DNA of 60,946 nucleotides, counting the filler, from Bipalium vagum (lineage: Eukaryota), in assembly GCA_037834085.1 (NCBI GenBank). It is 3 parts of 3 records of this genome, joined end to end, with 100 filler letters (N's around TTAATTAATTAA, not from the genome) between each part and the next. Parts side by side here need not be neighbours in the genome. Positions count along the whole stretch, not along the records: positions 1 to 27,185 come from JBBMKC010103501.1; 2 more parts are not named here. One strand, 5' to 3'. Of this stretch, positions 11,668-25,620 are shown in pieces. Under the pieces are notes generated by a model. That model had not been told where the DNA came from. It did no database searches and saw nothing but the letters and a program-made list of their open reading frames with translations. The translations under genes and the position numbers were made by a program. Numbering within the stretch: the first letter of the stretch is position 1; each line of letters opens with the position of its first letter.

Positions 11668-13948
11668 TCAGGGGCAGTCAAAAAATTTTGGGAATTGTGG
11701 ATATGGAAAGGTGTAGTGAAAAAATAAAAACGTTAATCGTAAAATACGTTATTTTAATATTGTATTACTTTTATCTAATAATAAAAATCGCATTTTTAAA
11801 AAAATCATCATATTTAAATATGGAATATAAAGCGGAAAATATGAATTTATCAATAGAAAACTTTCGAGCAATGATTTTATATGATTTCCCAGATGGATTG
11901 GAGCAGCAGCAATGTATTGGCATTTCCTGATTATACTCGATCGTAAACTGCAGTGTATCGATAGTTTCATTAATTTAAATTTAGACCCGTCTGTTTAGGT
12001 GATAATTTCAAAACAAAGTGTATCTGATGAAAATATTGAAGTTGTTCAGAAATTAATTGAGGAACACATGATGAAATTCAGACATCATTGAACATATTTC
12101 GGACTTCAATCCATTCTATTTGACATGAACACTTAGGTGTCAGAAAGCTATGTCCTAGTTGGATATCCCACATCCTTACAATTGATCAAAAACGAGATAG
12201 CATTAATTGGTCAAAACCTTCGGTCGATAACTTTAAGCAGGGAACCTCAAAAGCATGTTTATGACATTGTCAGTGTCAATAAACCATAGATATACTCACA
12301 TGAACCGGTAACAAAGCATCAGTCAATTGTTTGGATGTTTCAGGGAGAAAAATTACCAACAAAAGTTGTTTGATCCCGGAACATCTCCAAGCAAATGGCT
12401 GCTTGTTTCTTAACCAAATCAGGCCATGTCGCTATTATTTCTTGAGATAATTGTCGTACAGTTACTTTGAATTGGTAGACCACAGTTTGCTTGTCTGAAG
12501 TCCTCAAAGAATGGAGACAAAAAAACTCGAAACACTCAATTATGCTTCATCATGATAATGCCACTTCTCATACAACCCATAAAAACGATTTTTTGAGGAC
12601 TCAAAATTGTAAATTATTAAGCCATTCATCCCATAGTCCTGATTAAGCACTAAATGACTTCTCCACATTTGGTTCCATAAAAAATAGTTTGGGCAGCTGT
12701 TTTCATGTCCTGAACAGGCTGTAGAAGCATTCAAATCAAATTTTTTGGACATACCGACTTCGGATTGGAATAAATGTTTCAATGACTGGTTTGACAGATT
12801 GCAAAAGTGTATAGATTGTGACGGTGAATACTTCGAAAAACAATTATGTTAATATATTATTATAAATATAGTGCTGAAAAAAAGTCATGTCCACAGCCAA
12901 ATAATGCTACATAATAATACATACATAATACTACTACAAATATTAAAACAAGTACCTGAAACAAGTACTGTGAAAGACAAGGTTAGATCAGCTAGAGCAA
13001 AAAAATATTCGAATAAAGAAGAACGTGCCTTAGTCCGCACAAGTCTCAAAAGTCGGTGTCTAACATCCTCTGAACTAAAAATGTAATTTAACAATTACTA
13101 TGGAATTTCTGTAACAGTAGCAACTGTGAGAAATAGTCTCCTTAAGTATGGATTTCGTGGTTGTGTGGCAGTCAGAATGCCACGAGACTAATCGCATGAA
13201 GAGGTTAGTTTTCGCTCTCGACCACTTGTCATGGACCATAGACCAATGGAAGCATATTCTTTGGAGTGATGAGAGCTCGTTCAAATTATTTTGTGTAGGT
13301 AAACGCATCTATGTACGAAGAAGAAAAATGACAGTGTATCAATCCAACAGTGAAATTTGGAGGAGGCAGGGGTGCATGTCCTTGGCTGGAGTTGGTCAGT
13401 CAACATTTGTGTATAGATGAATCAAATGTTGCCGTCGACAAGAGACTTATTTGGCCATAATAAACCATTTATCTTTCAGCACGATAATGCTCCAAGTCAT
13501 AAGGCTAAACTGACTTTCTTGCTCGCACACATGTGGATGTTTTGGATTGGTTAGCCCAGTCCTATAATCCCATTGAGCACCTATGGAATATTCTTTTTAG
13601 GAAGATACAAGAAAAGAAATCAAGCAGTCTAGAGCAACTATTTAATGAGTTCAATAATGCTTGGCAGCTCATCACTCCAGAGGAAACCGGCAACTTGGTG
13701 GAGTTCATGCCACGGCGTGTATGGGCGGTTTTTGCATTCAATGGTCTGCAAATAAAATATTGACGTGCATGCGAAATTCCTGTTTTTATGTATAGTAATA
13801 TTAAATGTGTTTGAATATTTTTGTATAAAACTAAATAAATATCAAGCTTTCTATTATTTTGTTATATTATTTGGGTCTCTGGACATTACTTTTTTCCAGC
13901 ACTATATATGCTATTTGTGTCATTCCCGAAAATTTTCGACTGACCTAT
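11668..13948 (+). mobile_element. full-length degenerate mariner in a mucolipin intron, carrying a nested Tc1
   Basis: TIRs AGGGGCAGTCAAAAAATTTTGGGAAT (~11670-11696) and ATTCCCGAAAATTTTCGACTGACCT (~13922-13946); ENFRAMILYDF, WISHIL, LHHDNATSH and WFDRLQKCIDCDGEYFEK remnants. Confidence 0.85.
12869..13904 (+). mobile_element. Tc1 element with TIRs and TA target duplication
   Basis: TIRs TAGTGCTGAAAAAAAGTCATGTCCA / TGGACATTACTTTTTTCCAGCACTA flanked by TA; WKHILWSDESSF, FQHDNAPSH and NPIEHLW motifs. Confidence 0.92.
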
Positions 13949-14034
13949 TTATTAAAGTTTTATGTAAAATATTAAAAGTAAACGTTATTTAAATATACAC
14001 TTATTTTATTATTTTTATTTAATTTAGGTTAATT

Positions 14035-14068
<34 letters not shown>

Positions 14069-15769
14069 TATTTTATTATTATTTTATTATTTATTCCAAT
14101 TTTATTTTATTTATTTATTTATCGATTCACAAAAATTCCATTACCTTTGTCTTGTGAATATTTAATCAATACAAAGATATGTATTTTGTAATGAAAATTT
14201 TTAAAAATACAAAATCAATACAATACGTTGTCACATGACATTATCACAATTCATATTTACCGTTCAGTAATTAATGTTAGCTTTTTTTACTTTTGACTGA
14301 AAAATACTCCATGACAAGCTCTTTTGTTTGTCCAACTAAAACAGTTCGATATGGTGTTTGAACCATATATCTGATATGTGATCTGTACTTTGCATTATTT
14401 ATGAATTACATTACTTGTTAATTTCATATTATCATGTGGTGTTTTTCCATAACAAAGAGTCCATCGAATTGAACCCGATATATAACAGTTCCGGACATTT
14501 CTACGATGTCAAAGCTTACTTCAAAGAAAAAAATTTTTCTATCGATTTCAGAGGGTAATTTTCTTTACAATGTGATTATTTTTATGATGTCATTATTTAA
14601 TTATTTTTGGAGGATTTTCATAAGCTTATTTAGTTTTTCTTTTAAGATTATTTTTGAAAAATCATCAATTGTGCAATTATGTTGTGATAAATAAAGGAAA
14701 ACTAAAATTTGAATGTGAAAAAAATCTTTTATTTTATACGATTAAAAATTATATTATAAATGGATATTATAAGTGTTAAATTTGTAAATTAAACGAACTA
14801 TTTTTTGTTCTTTAAAATTCAACAAATGCCCTGAGAAGTCACGATCTTTTAAAGTTACAGGATTTTATAGCTTGTGTGCTTCAAATATGAGATTTATTGA
14901 CTGGGATTTATTTATTGCATGAAGGAAGTTCTGATTTAGGCGGATAAATAGGCCTCGAAATTTAGTTTTTGTTAGACAACAGGGATTTTATTTTTTTTTA
15001 ACAAGATTTATTAAAACAATTTACATTCTGGTTACAAAAAATTATAATCTTCCAAGATGATGATAAGACAATATGGTTAAATGTCACAGATAATTAATGA
15101 ATCAATAGATCATTAATGAATTACAATGAATAGTAAAATAAAATATGAGAAATCTATGAAATTTATTTGCTCAAATAATCCAAATGTGTAAAATTTCAAA
15201 ACACATCGATGAAATTTATTTGATCAATAAATAAAAATTCTTCATATAGAAACATAAAAATCTATGAAAATTATTTTCATAATGCATAAAAGTTTAAAAA
15301 AATATAAAAATAAAATTTAATGATAAAAATCTAAGAGAAATACTTTGATAATCAATAAAACGTGTCATTTCTCAGATTTATAAAAACAATTTGGGTAAAT
15401 AAGAATTAAATGTAATTGATGTTATTTATTATTATTATTATTTTATTATTATTAAAATTATTAAATCTCAAATAAAAAAGGATGAACTTTATTTGAATAG
15501 ATAATTTAATAAAAATAATATTATTAAAAATTAATAATATTTATCTGTCATCAAATAAAATGTGTTGGAGCCGTATTTTAAATAAAAATTGTTTTCGTTG
15601 TGTTAATAATTTCTTATAAAATTCTCAAAATGTTGTACTGACGTTTTCCGGAGTCTGAAAGTTTATATTAAATAATTTATAAATAATAACAATATCTCCC
15701 GGAATACGGACCCCATATATAATAATTTATCCGGATCAAATGTGAATGCCGTTATCTGTTGATTTTTAG

Positions 15770-16887
15770 TATGCTGTTGGCAAAAATTGAATTCAGTTTG
15801 CGTACCATCCAACTAAAGTCATATGAGATGGATCAAACTCCAGACTGTTTCCAGTTTAACGTCATAGTGAGTACTTTTGACAATTATGATGGTCATGTTG
15901 TCAACATTTCGCACCTAGATCAAATTCGATAATGGGAAACACAATGGTCAAGTATTAGTGGATCTAGACACGGAATTGCACGAGCTGGAATGTAACAAGT
16001 CTGGTGACACGGAATTATATGAGAACTTTGTCAACCGATTTCTCATTTCCATCGATTCGCTATCTCTCATTTTCAGCATTCTGTCGCTCTTTCTGTGCAC
16101 CAGATCTCTGATAAGACTTTATCGTTTCTGGAGAGTAGGACTGTTAGTTTTGGCAAAATAACTTTTCAATGAAGTGTTTTTCTTTTCCAGAAAGCGAAAT
16201 CTTTCTTCATCAACGAAATGGACATAGACATCACCGACAAACGGAAACATTTCATTAGCGTTTCGTACATATTGATCTTTTGTGGTGATGTTCTGATCAT
16301 AATCGGGACTTTGATGAAGATCGACAGATACATGATAGAGGTAATACTTTTTCCATTAGAGTTCCGTTTTCTGAACTATTGACTTTGCCAGCCAACGAAG
16401 GGCGTAGCCAGTTTCGGCGATTGTACGTACTTTCTGGGCATCGGTGTGTTTCTTTCATATGTGACACTATTGAGGTATTTCAGCTTCTATCCGAAAAGCA
16501 GCGTAAGATTGTTTATGGCTACGTTAATAAAACCCCATTTTCTTTATCGACTTTTAGATTCTTGTCAATACCATTCGAGCTGCCGGAGCCCCTCTAATTC
16601 GTTTTTCTTTGTGCTCCATAATTCTCTATTTGGCCTTTTCTCTACTCGGTTGGACTATTCTCGGTCCTTATCATCTTAAATTTCGAACGTTTGTCAACTC
16701 TTTGGCCTGTTTGTTCTCCCTGATGAACGGTGACGACATGTACGTTACCTTGTCAATAATCGGTCAAAATAATCTGTTTATCTTCATGTTCTCACAATTC
16801 TTCGTCTATGTCTTTTGCTTTCTTTTCATTTTCGTTGTACTCAATCTGGTTCTGACAATTATCATAGAGGCCTACAACGAGGTTCAG
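15770..16887 (+). CDS. MCOLN: mucolipin (TRPML) channel, central and pore exons
   Basis: Exons 15770-15866, 15919-16134, 16191-16340, 16392-16502, 16558-16887, all GT-AG and in frame; PDCFQFNV/IKFDNGKHNG, GWTILGPYHLKFR and the selectivity filter LFSLMNGDDM. Confidence 0.95.
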
Positions 16888-18436
16888 GTACGTCTATGTA
16901 ATTGGTTTTTTTATTTTGTTGTTATTAATCAAAATTATATTATTGATTTGATGCTGTCACTGAGTGTTTTTCTGAGTGAATTTCTTCTTTTCTCATAATT
17001 GAAAGTTAAATACAGACTTAAATCTTAACCTAATATACATCAATTTTAAAAAGAATCGATTTTTAAATTTATTATTATTATTATTATTATTATCATTATT
17101 ATTATCATTATTATTATCATTATCATTAATATTATTATTAAAACTATTAGAATTATTAAAATTATTAAAATTATTAAATCAAAGTATAAATTAAAATTAA
17201 AATTATAAACTTTTTCTGATTGCAATTTTTATAATAATATTAATATTGGTTTATTAGTAAATTTATTTATATTATTATTATTATTAAGATTAATATTAAA
17301 TTTTAATATTTAAAATTATCTTATGATTGTGATAATTTTATTTGTTTATATCAGATAAACAATAATTCCATTATTATCTACTATTGTATTATTATTTAAT
17401 TTAATTTTATTATTAATATTACATTATATTAATTATAAATGAATATTTTAATGGTATTAATTAAAAAAATTATCATTAAAGTCAAAATTAACATATTATT
17501 CAATGTCATTTAAGATGGAATAAGTCTCACATTTGATTATTTCGATGGTGCCATTGATTATAACATGTAATAGTGCTGATATCGGAACGTTGTATCTGTT
17601 ACGATATTATAATTTTCATTTGGTTATTTTATTGAGGATTTGAAAATACCCAAGAAAATTCCGTATTAAATTCCAAATTATAATTAGATTTAGATTCTGT
17701 TTTTATTTGAATTTAATAATATAATTAATAATAAATAATAAATTTTCATAAAAATACAGGGTCAAAGGCTATGATTGTGTTATTTCAAATCTGTTATATT
17801 GCGTGAGTATGTGTAGAGTGCATTTTTTGAAAAATAAATTGAAGTCTTATATTCTCACAATTGTGCCTATTGATTTATTAAACATATTCCAAAGAAAGAG
17901 TAAAGGAAACAATTTCGGGTTACAATTATATTCGTAATTTTTTAAATTAAGAGTAGTGCCAATATAATAATAATAATAAAAAGTATGTAAAGTATTAATT
18001 TTTTAAAATTAAAAGTATACAATAAAGTTACAAAATTCTAAAAAAAATTATCAATCGATAATATAAATAATCATTTGATAAGTTTCAAAATCTATTGATT
18101 AAAAATAAATTACAATCAGTTTATAAAAAAACTTTTCGTAGAAAAGAATGAAAATGTTCGTTAAATTCATAATTTTTAAACACGACTTCAAAAAAAAACG
18201 CAATCCACACATTGAATTATTAAATAACCTAATAACCACCCGACAATACCAGACCAAAGATATAAGAGGTTATGAACATAAATCAGAAATTGATGATGTT
18301 CAGTTGAATAAAAATATCGAAATTGATCTCAGCGGAAGTTGCAAAGGATATCAACGTAGATCATACCATAGCTCTTGTCATTTAAATAACTTGACCATTT
18401 CTAAGACCATTATTGGACATGATCGTTTGATGAACT

Positions 18437-19772
18437 AACACTAGTGTTTCTGAATTTTTCTGAGACTATTACTGCTTAGATTTATGTGGTAGGACTAGAG
18501 CGTACTTGGACTTAACCAGAAAGAATGAAGTAAATTCAATAAAATTTTTTTTTAACAATACGTATACATTTATAAGTTTCATATCTCGACAACAACTGGC
18601 ATTTAAATTGATGTAATTTTTCCACCGATTGATCATTCCATTGAAGTATATCTCAAAGATCCTTCTGATACTTCTATATAAGGAATTTGGTCTCGTTATT
18701 TTTCTTTAAATCTTTTGAAGCAAATTTATGTACTCGCATGTTTCTTCAAATGATTGAATAACCTAGAGTGAATTTGAGAAAGATATGGACTGTATTGAGG
18801 ATCCATCTGCACCAAGACAACTTCTGTTTTCTTGAATGTGTGAATAGGAGTGTTAACTTCGAGCAAAAAAGCTCCTGATTGTGTATCTTGCCTCGGGTGT
18901 TACCACTTTCAACTATGACATTACTGTATTAATTCAAATTCATGATTTCTTCAGTAATGCCATTTCTATGCAAAAAGATGTTCAATATAGCACATTAAGA
19001 TGCAAATTTCAAAGACGCAAGACTTTGGATGGCTTCTCATTTTCAAAAACTCATTTCTTTGACTTTCTCTTAGGGTAAGGAACATGGAGACTCAATGGTG
19101 TCTCATCTGTGGTTATTACATTCTATTAAAAATTTGGTCCCACTGAATTCAGAAGACGAAGATTCCATTCAAAGGCCATTTTTCGTCTAAGAATCATTTC
19201 AGGTGTTAAAAATCTCGACACCAACATATTATATAAGCTGCGGATTCTCATTTGCTCTAAAACTAACGGTACGGGTCTTTTCCATGCATTTAATCTCTTA
19301 GATAGCTGCGTTTTCGTTCATTTGTCACGATATCTTTCTTTTTTTAAAAATATTTTTTTCACTATTTTCAACAGGTCTTCTATTTTCAGTTGCATAGAGA
19401 AAAATTGTTTGATCGGATAAAAATTCTCCGATCCAGTTAAAAATGGTGGTTCTTCACCGTATACCTCTTGGAGTGGATCAATAATTTTTAATATTCAGTA
19501 CTGATTTTTAGTGAATAGAATGTTAAATAAAATTTCATTCAATATTTATTACAATTTAAAATCAAAGATTTAAAAAATTTCGGCTTAATTTATTAAAAGT
19601 AAGTACGTCATGATTGACAGTTTAACTGTCCAATCACAAGGGTTAAACCACAATGAAAGTGGATAAATAAACGAACTTATCATTATTATTTTTCGACAAA
19701 ACTTTGTTGTCAGAAGGATATTCCAAAAAGTGGTTTTTTACTTAGTCTATCAAGTAAAATGTGACACGAGAT
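18437..19772 (-). mobile_element. degenerate mariner (~1.3 kb) in the last mucolipin intron
   Basis: Minus strand NVITTDETPLSLHVP...EKPSKVLR; weakly matching terminal repeats; boundaries approximate. Confidence 0.65.
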
Positions 19773-20135
19773 AGGGCAAAATTTTTGAGTGTCTGTTATG
19801 ACTGTTACCAATTAAATAGGTTTTACATCCTACACTCATCATTAAATTAATAGAATTTTTGATTACTACACAGTCAAGTGTGTACCAAAATCTTTATGAA
19901 AGATTTATTGAAAGTATTATTGATTTAATTTAAATAATCAATTACAAAATTATTTATTACTTTGATTTAATTATAAATTAATGATTAATATTGATTTTTC
20001 CAAAAATATTAAGAGAGGAATTTGTAACGAGTGAAAAATCTGTTTTTTTTATAGAATATTTATATATTTTTATTCACAGAATCATATATATTTAGTGCAT
20101 AATATAAAAAAATATAACGGAAAGTATTTACTTAG

Positions 20136-20489
20136 AAGCAAGATTTATCGACTACCAATAATGATGTGTTTTGGCGATTCATCAATTCGTGTCCGGAATC
20201 CAGCAAATCTCCGTTATATAGAAGTGACTTGATCTACGAAAACAGCGTTCGACAGGCCAACTTTTCGAAATTCTCGCGAAAATTCGTTGACACCCTTTGC
20301 TGTTGCATTGGGAAAGGAGGTCACACTGTCGAGATCAAAGATGATTCTGAATCGCAGAGTCATGAGAGCTTGAATGAAGACTTCTTCCGATCTCTCGATC
20401 AATTAAATGATTTAAATCATCTTGTATGCACCAGAATGAATAATCCGAAACAAAATTACAAATCGTTAGTTCAAAATCGTAAGCGGTAA
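20136..20489 (+). CDS. MCOLN: mucolipin (TRPML) channel, last exon
   Basis: TTAG acceptor ends at 20135, in frame with the exon ending 16887; FINSCPESSKSPLYR and LCCC match the mucolipin cytosolic tail (IAQCQDSPTSGKFRR...CCC). Confidence 0.85.
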   Translation, partial: KQDLSTTNNDVFWRFINSCPESSKSPLYRSDLIYENSVRQANFSKFSRKFVDTLCCCIGKGGHTVEIKDDSESQSHESLNEDFFRSLDQLNDLNHLVCTRMNNPKQNYKSLVQNRKR

Positions 20490-21059
20490 GGCACTTATTG
20501 ATTCAAATTATCAATATTTTCTGTTTTTGCACCTACAATCATTAGTCTGCCACTGATTTTGATTAACAATCAATCATCGAACATGGAGAACTCTGAGGGT
20601 AAAGATTAAGATTTCACTTAATTACGGTAGAATAATTTTTAAAATTTATGAATAATTTTTTCTTCAAACAATATGGAACAGTTACTTATTTCCTATTATA
20701 ATCCATAAGAACAAACTCCAAGGAACTTGCTTTGAGATATTAATAATAATAAGAAATTGTAATACAGTTCGACACATTTGTTTATAAGAGGTCATTTTTG
20801 TCCCTTAATCGTAGATCCTATCATGATATAGAAATGAAAATCTATTAACAGAAACAATTTTAAACAAAAAAGTTTAAAAAATAAATTTAATTATAATACT
20901 AAACAGTGTTGTTTGAAATTTAATTGAAAAACGCAGAAAAGTTGTTTATAACATCTGACAATTAAAAATCCAGACAATTTTCAAATCAAATTTAAACTAA
21001 AAATCAATATATTTAAAAATTTGAAGTGAGTTTTATTTTGTGGAGAATTTGATTTAGGG

Positions 21060-21500
21060 TTTAATAGAACAGACAATTCTTCTAATGTTTGTCTAGGATC
21101 TGTTTCGATGATAGCCTTTAACACATCATTATCCACCAACAGATTGTCTATGTCTCCGTGTTTTGATCTACAAACTGAGATCACCATTTTCATTTCTTGA
21201 ATTTGCGAACATCATGCATATCATCGTAAACATTGCTGATAATTTTGGTTACAACGGTGGCATTTGATTCCCGTTTGAACTCATACAGAATACAATGCCG
21301 AATATGAGCGTCTTTTTGGAAATTTTCATTCATTATAAAATACGTTAAATTAATTTAATACTACACATTTTTAAAACAATTGTCATCGATTTTTAATTTT
21401 AAATTGAATTTAAGTTTTGCTTATTATGGACGATATAAACAATATTAAAAAAATGCTATTAAATATTATTAAAAAAAACGAGCTTTCAATTTGAAAAGCA
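21060..21500 (-). mobile_element. mariner 5' fragment
   Basis: HIRHCILYEFKRESNA...VDNDVLKAIIETDPRQTLEELS. Confidence 0.8.
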
Positions 21501-22191
21501 TAATAATAATATTAATGAATATATGGAATCTTCTGTTGAAATTCATTTGTTTATTTATTTTCATAATCGCAGTTGCACAATCACACTTTGAATACCTAGA
21601 AATTATTTTCTATTTAAGTATCGTGACAAATATTTTCAATAATCAATAACAAATAAAATGATTTCAAGAATAAAAATCGATATTGAAAAAATCTATTGTT
21701 TTTATAATTTTATTGGTTTATAAAAATAACATCGATTAAATAAAATTGTAAAGTTAATCTTTTGTGAAAAACAGTTTGTGGAATTGTTCGAAAAATGAAA
21801 AAACAAAATATTCATTTCAGCCATATTTTTCACATCTGAAAGGGAAAATGTGTCACAGAAAATAACAAAAATATTATGTAATTTTTATTATGATAAAGGA
21901 TTTTATTGAAAACCTAAAGGAAAAATGGAATCAGATCGAAATATTACAGAAATTAATTTGAAAAAGGTTAAACATTACAATTCTTTCATAAACACGAATT
22001 ATGAATCACTTGAAACTTTCAAGAAATTCAATTAACCATGCATTAATACCTGGATTAGAAATGATCCATTTTTGGAACGATTGGAAACCACACCAAAAAC
22101 TGATATCTATCAAAAGAACTTTCTCTTCAGCTTAGTTGGAGTAAAAATTAATTATCTATTGTAAAACTAAACGGTAAAAAAAATTAGGATA

Positions 22192-22350
22192 TTGGGTTGT
22201 TCGGAAAGTCACTTCACTTTTTTATATCAAATTATTTTTAGATGGCAGAAGGTCTTGGAACAAAAAGGACAATACATCATTGATTTTACAATATTTATTA
22301 CTAATAAAACTTTTGGTAACAAATATGAAGCGAGTTTCAGAACAACCCAA
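22192..22350 (+). mobile_element. mariner-derived MITE (159 bp) with TA TSD
   Basis: TIRs TTGGGTTGTTCGGAAAGTCACTTC / GAAGCGAGTTTCAGAACAACCCAA flanked by TA; retains the transposase tail RWQKVLEQKGQYII. Confidence 0.88.
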
Positions 22351-24599
22351 TATCTAAATACATCAACAGATATTCCAACTGAATAATGAAATTCAAAAAC
22401 GAAAACAAAGTTGGAAATCAAAATGCTACAGTCTTTTAGCAGAAAAATTCGAGGTAATACTCATCTTCAATCTCAGTAAAAATAGTTGCCTCTTGTTTGG
22501 GATGTACTCTTACAGTTGTTCCTTGTTTCAGATAAAGCATCTTCATATTTTCGCATAATTCACTCATTATGGGATTCTTTGAACCAGGTGACAATGGTAG
22601 TTACATTAAAATGGCTAACTAAATAGATTTAGGAACAACTCGAATGGAGCTTTTATCCCCCTATAAGTCATTAACATTCAAAGGAAATATTAAGGATATT
22701 GAAGAAAATCATTAATTGAAATTAAAAAAAATAGAATAAAATTAAAAATTGATTTTAAAAAATATGTCCTCGACCTCCAATTTATTTCCAGAAATTGTAA
22801 AAATATTGCTTTCTGAAATCATTGGAAAGTATAACTAGGTCTAAAACTAACTTCTCAGATAATGAAAAATTAATCAGTATAACAAATTAAAAATTCGATC
22901 ACACACGAAAACGTTACGGCAACGATTTGTGACTGCAGAATTTTTAAATTTTTATTTTGAACGAAATTTTTTGCAAAATTACCCCAATTATGCTTTTATC
23001 ACTCGTGGAACAGTTACCGTTTTGAGTTCTCATAAAGCGTGGTTATATTTTTCCATAAAATTGATTTCTGATATAAACTTAAACAATATTTCCAGGTCTG
23101 TAAACTTTGGAGAGATACCTATCCGTCATCATTCGCGAGGTGGTGATCTCGCTTGTTCACTTTGATACACTGGATTTTGCTATTTTCTACATTCCGATAC
23201 CTATTTTATAAATGCAGATGATGATTTTAATAAATTATTCCATTTGACACAAGTTTCCATTTTGATATGGTTTTATATATTTTTTAATTTTATTCAGAAT
23301 TTAAAACTGTTTTTATTTTTAATGTTTCAGATTTTTGTTGGACAGATGTATTTAATTATTTTTCTGTTTTATAAAATTTCATTTTTTAATTTTTCGTGGT
23401 TTTATTAGTTAAGCAAGATGTATACATACTTAGGGTATAGAAATTAACAAATTGATTTAAACAAAATAAAATCATAATAATAAAAAAACAACTTCGGTAA
23501 AATTATTGACAAGGCTATGAAGTTGATTTTTATAATTTAGGCTTTATTATGGACAAATTAATCAAAATATTTTTAAAAACTGAAACCAATAATTATAAAA
23601 TTTTTTTTAATGAATTGTCTACGTATGATCTTCACTCTTCATTTTTACCCTACTACATGATTACTTTTTAAAAAATTATGAATCATGGTATTGTGAATTT
23701 TGTAAAAAATCTCTTTAAAAAGTCATGAAGGTACGATAAACCATGAGATTAACCTTATAAATTCAGAGAAAAATGATATTTTTTAAATTTATATTTTAAA
23801 CCTTAGATCTCGATTTATTTCATGCATTTCCCTACTACTATAGAACTATTATAAATTGTGATTTTACTACACCGTTTTTTATTGAAAATAACATTTTTGA
23901 TTTTACAAAATCTATGAAAAACATTTAATTAAAAATGATGAATAAAAATATCACCCAACAATATCTAAACCAAATATGGATAAAAATCAATCTACTTAAT
24001 TTGGTGAAATCAAAGTTTCAACAATAAAAAGCTTTTGTTGGTATTCAAAATCTAAAGGTCATAATGAAAATTTATTTAATAGATACAACTTATTTAATGA
24101 CTTACCTAATAACGAATTAATTAATTCAAAATCTCGGGAACTCTAGATACAAATTTTTGAATAGGAAATTTTTAAAGAAAAAACAACTATTTTTACATCT
24201 TTAAAATCAACATTAAAGTGGTAATGAAAATTCAATGTTTAATGTTATGCATAATCTTTATTTTCTTTTTAAAAAATATCTAAAACATTTTTGTGAGCTT
24301 TGCAATAATTTTTTAAAAATAAGTATTAATAATACAATTTCACTATCTTTCTTTACTTTATTTTTTTCTCTATCTGTTCTTTCATTTTTTCTTTTCAATA
24401 TTAAACATTTTTCCATAAACTTTTCTTATAACAAAACAACATTCGTTTTACCTTTAAAATATGAATCTTTTAAAATATGTAAAGTTACAACTGCACCATT
24501 AAAACATCAATTTTATGGTTGATCTCTTAAATCAAAACGAAAGATGGAATATAAATTTTAAAATTTTAATAAATTTAGTTGAAGATTATTACTTAAGTA

Positions 24600-25098
24600 T
24601 TTGAAGATTTGACAAAAGGTTATGATTTCCCTTTTTTGGAACTGTGACGGTATGTTGTTTTTTGAACTTCTACCAGATGGTCAAAGCATAACCTCGGACA
24701 CTTACTCATCACAATTGAAAAATCTTCATGATGTTATGAAAGTAAATTATCCTTATTTAATCAACCCTAAAAATATTGACGGAATGGAACTCTTACCGCA
24801 TCCGCCTTACTCGCTAGACATTGCAGCCTCTGACTTTCATCTGTTTTGTTCCATGGCACATTTTCTCAAAGGTCGGCGGTTTGAAGATAATGAAGACCTT
24901 CAGAAGAACCTCCAACTTTTCTTCGACTCCAAACCATCGGATTGGTACAAAAGTGGGATCCAAAAAATTTCAGAAAATTTGGGCCCTTGTTTGTGCAAAT
25001 GATGGATATTATTTTAGTAACTGATATTTGTTTTGTGCAATAAAATTTTTAAAAAGAATTTTTATTCAAAACGCTCATTTTTTATGGAACACTCTAAT
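24600..25098 (+). mobile_element. mariner 3' half with internal deletion
   Basis: KVMISLFWNCDGMLFFELLP...LPHPPYSLDIAASDFHLF...FFDSKPSDWYKSGI. Confidence 0.9.
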
Positions 25099-25335
25099 AT
25101 TTACATGCTTTTTCATAATTTGAATGAGTTCTATTATTTTTAAAATTTTCAAATTGTTTAGGATTTAAAGGATAGTATGAACTATTAACTTGAACTCTTA
25201 TATCTTTTATTTCATGTTCAATAAACAAACTATTATTTTTATTAAAATTAAATTCTGATTCCCTAAAAGAAATAAATATATAAATTGGTTTATTTGGTAC
25301 ATTATATAATTGTAATGTTTGTATAGTTCATTCTG

Positions 25336-25620
25336 TTAAATTTCTTCACAATGACTTGATAAAAAATTTATATTTATAGATTTTCCATCATCTATTCTTG
25401 ACAAAAGATTTGCTTCACTAGATGTATTTAATTGTAATTTTGGAATAAATAATTTTAATTCAAGTAATTTTATTTTAGAGTCTCTTTTTGTTCCATAAAA
25501 TATTTCTTTATCAATATCAATTCTTCTTGTAAATGCTAATTCTCCTTGCATGTTATAAATTACTCTCTTATAATATTGTAAAAATACAAACATTATTTTT
25601 AATGGAAATTCTCCTTTATT
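25336..25620 (-). mobile_element. Polinton/Maverick (adintovirus-like) major capsid protein fragment
   Basis: FLQYYKRVIYNMQGELAFTR...KIKLLELKLFIPKLQLNTSSEANLLSRIDDGKSININF resembles the Polinton MCP pattern FxxDYxKIxxxxKxELILTR...KIxWxxPHVxL...xxGKxIxIxF. Confidence 0.6.

Noticed and set aside
17060-17180. (ATT)n/(ATC)n tracts here and elsewhere
   Set aside because: Ordinary microsatellites in AT-rich DNA
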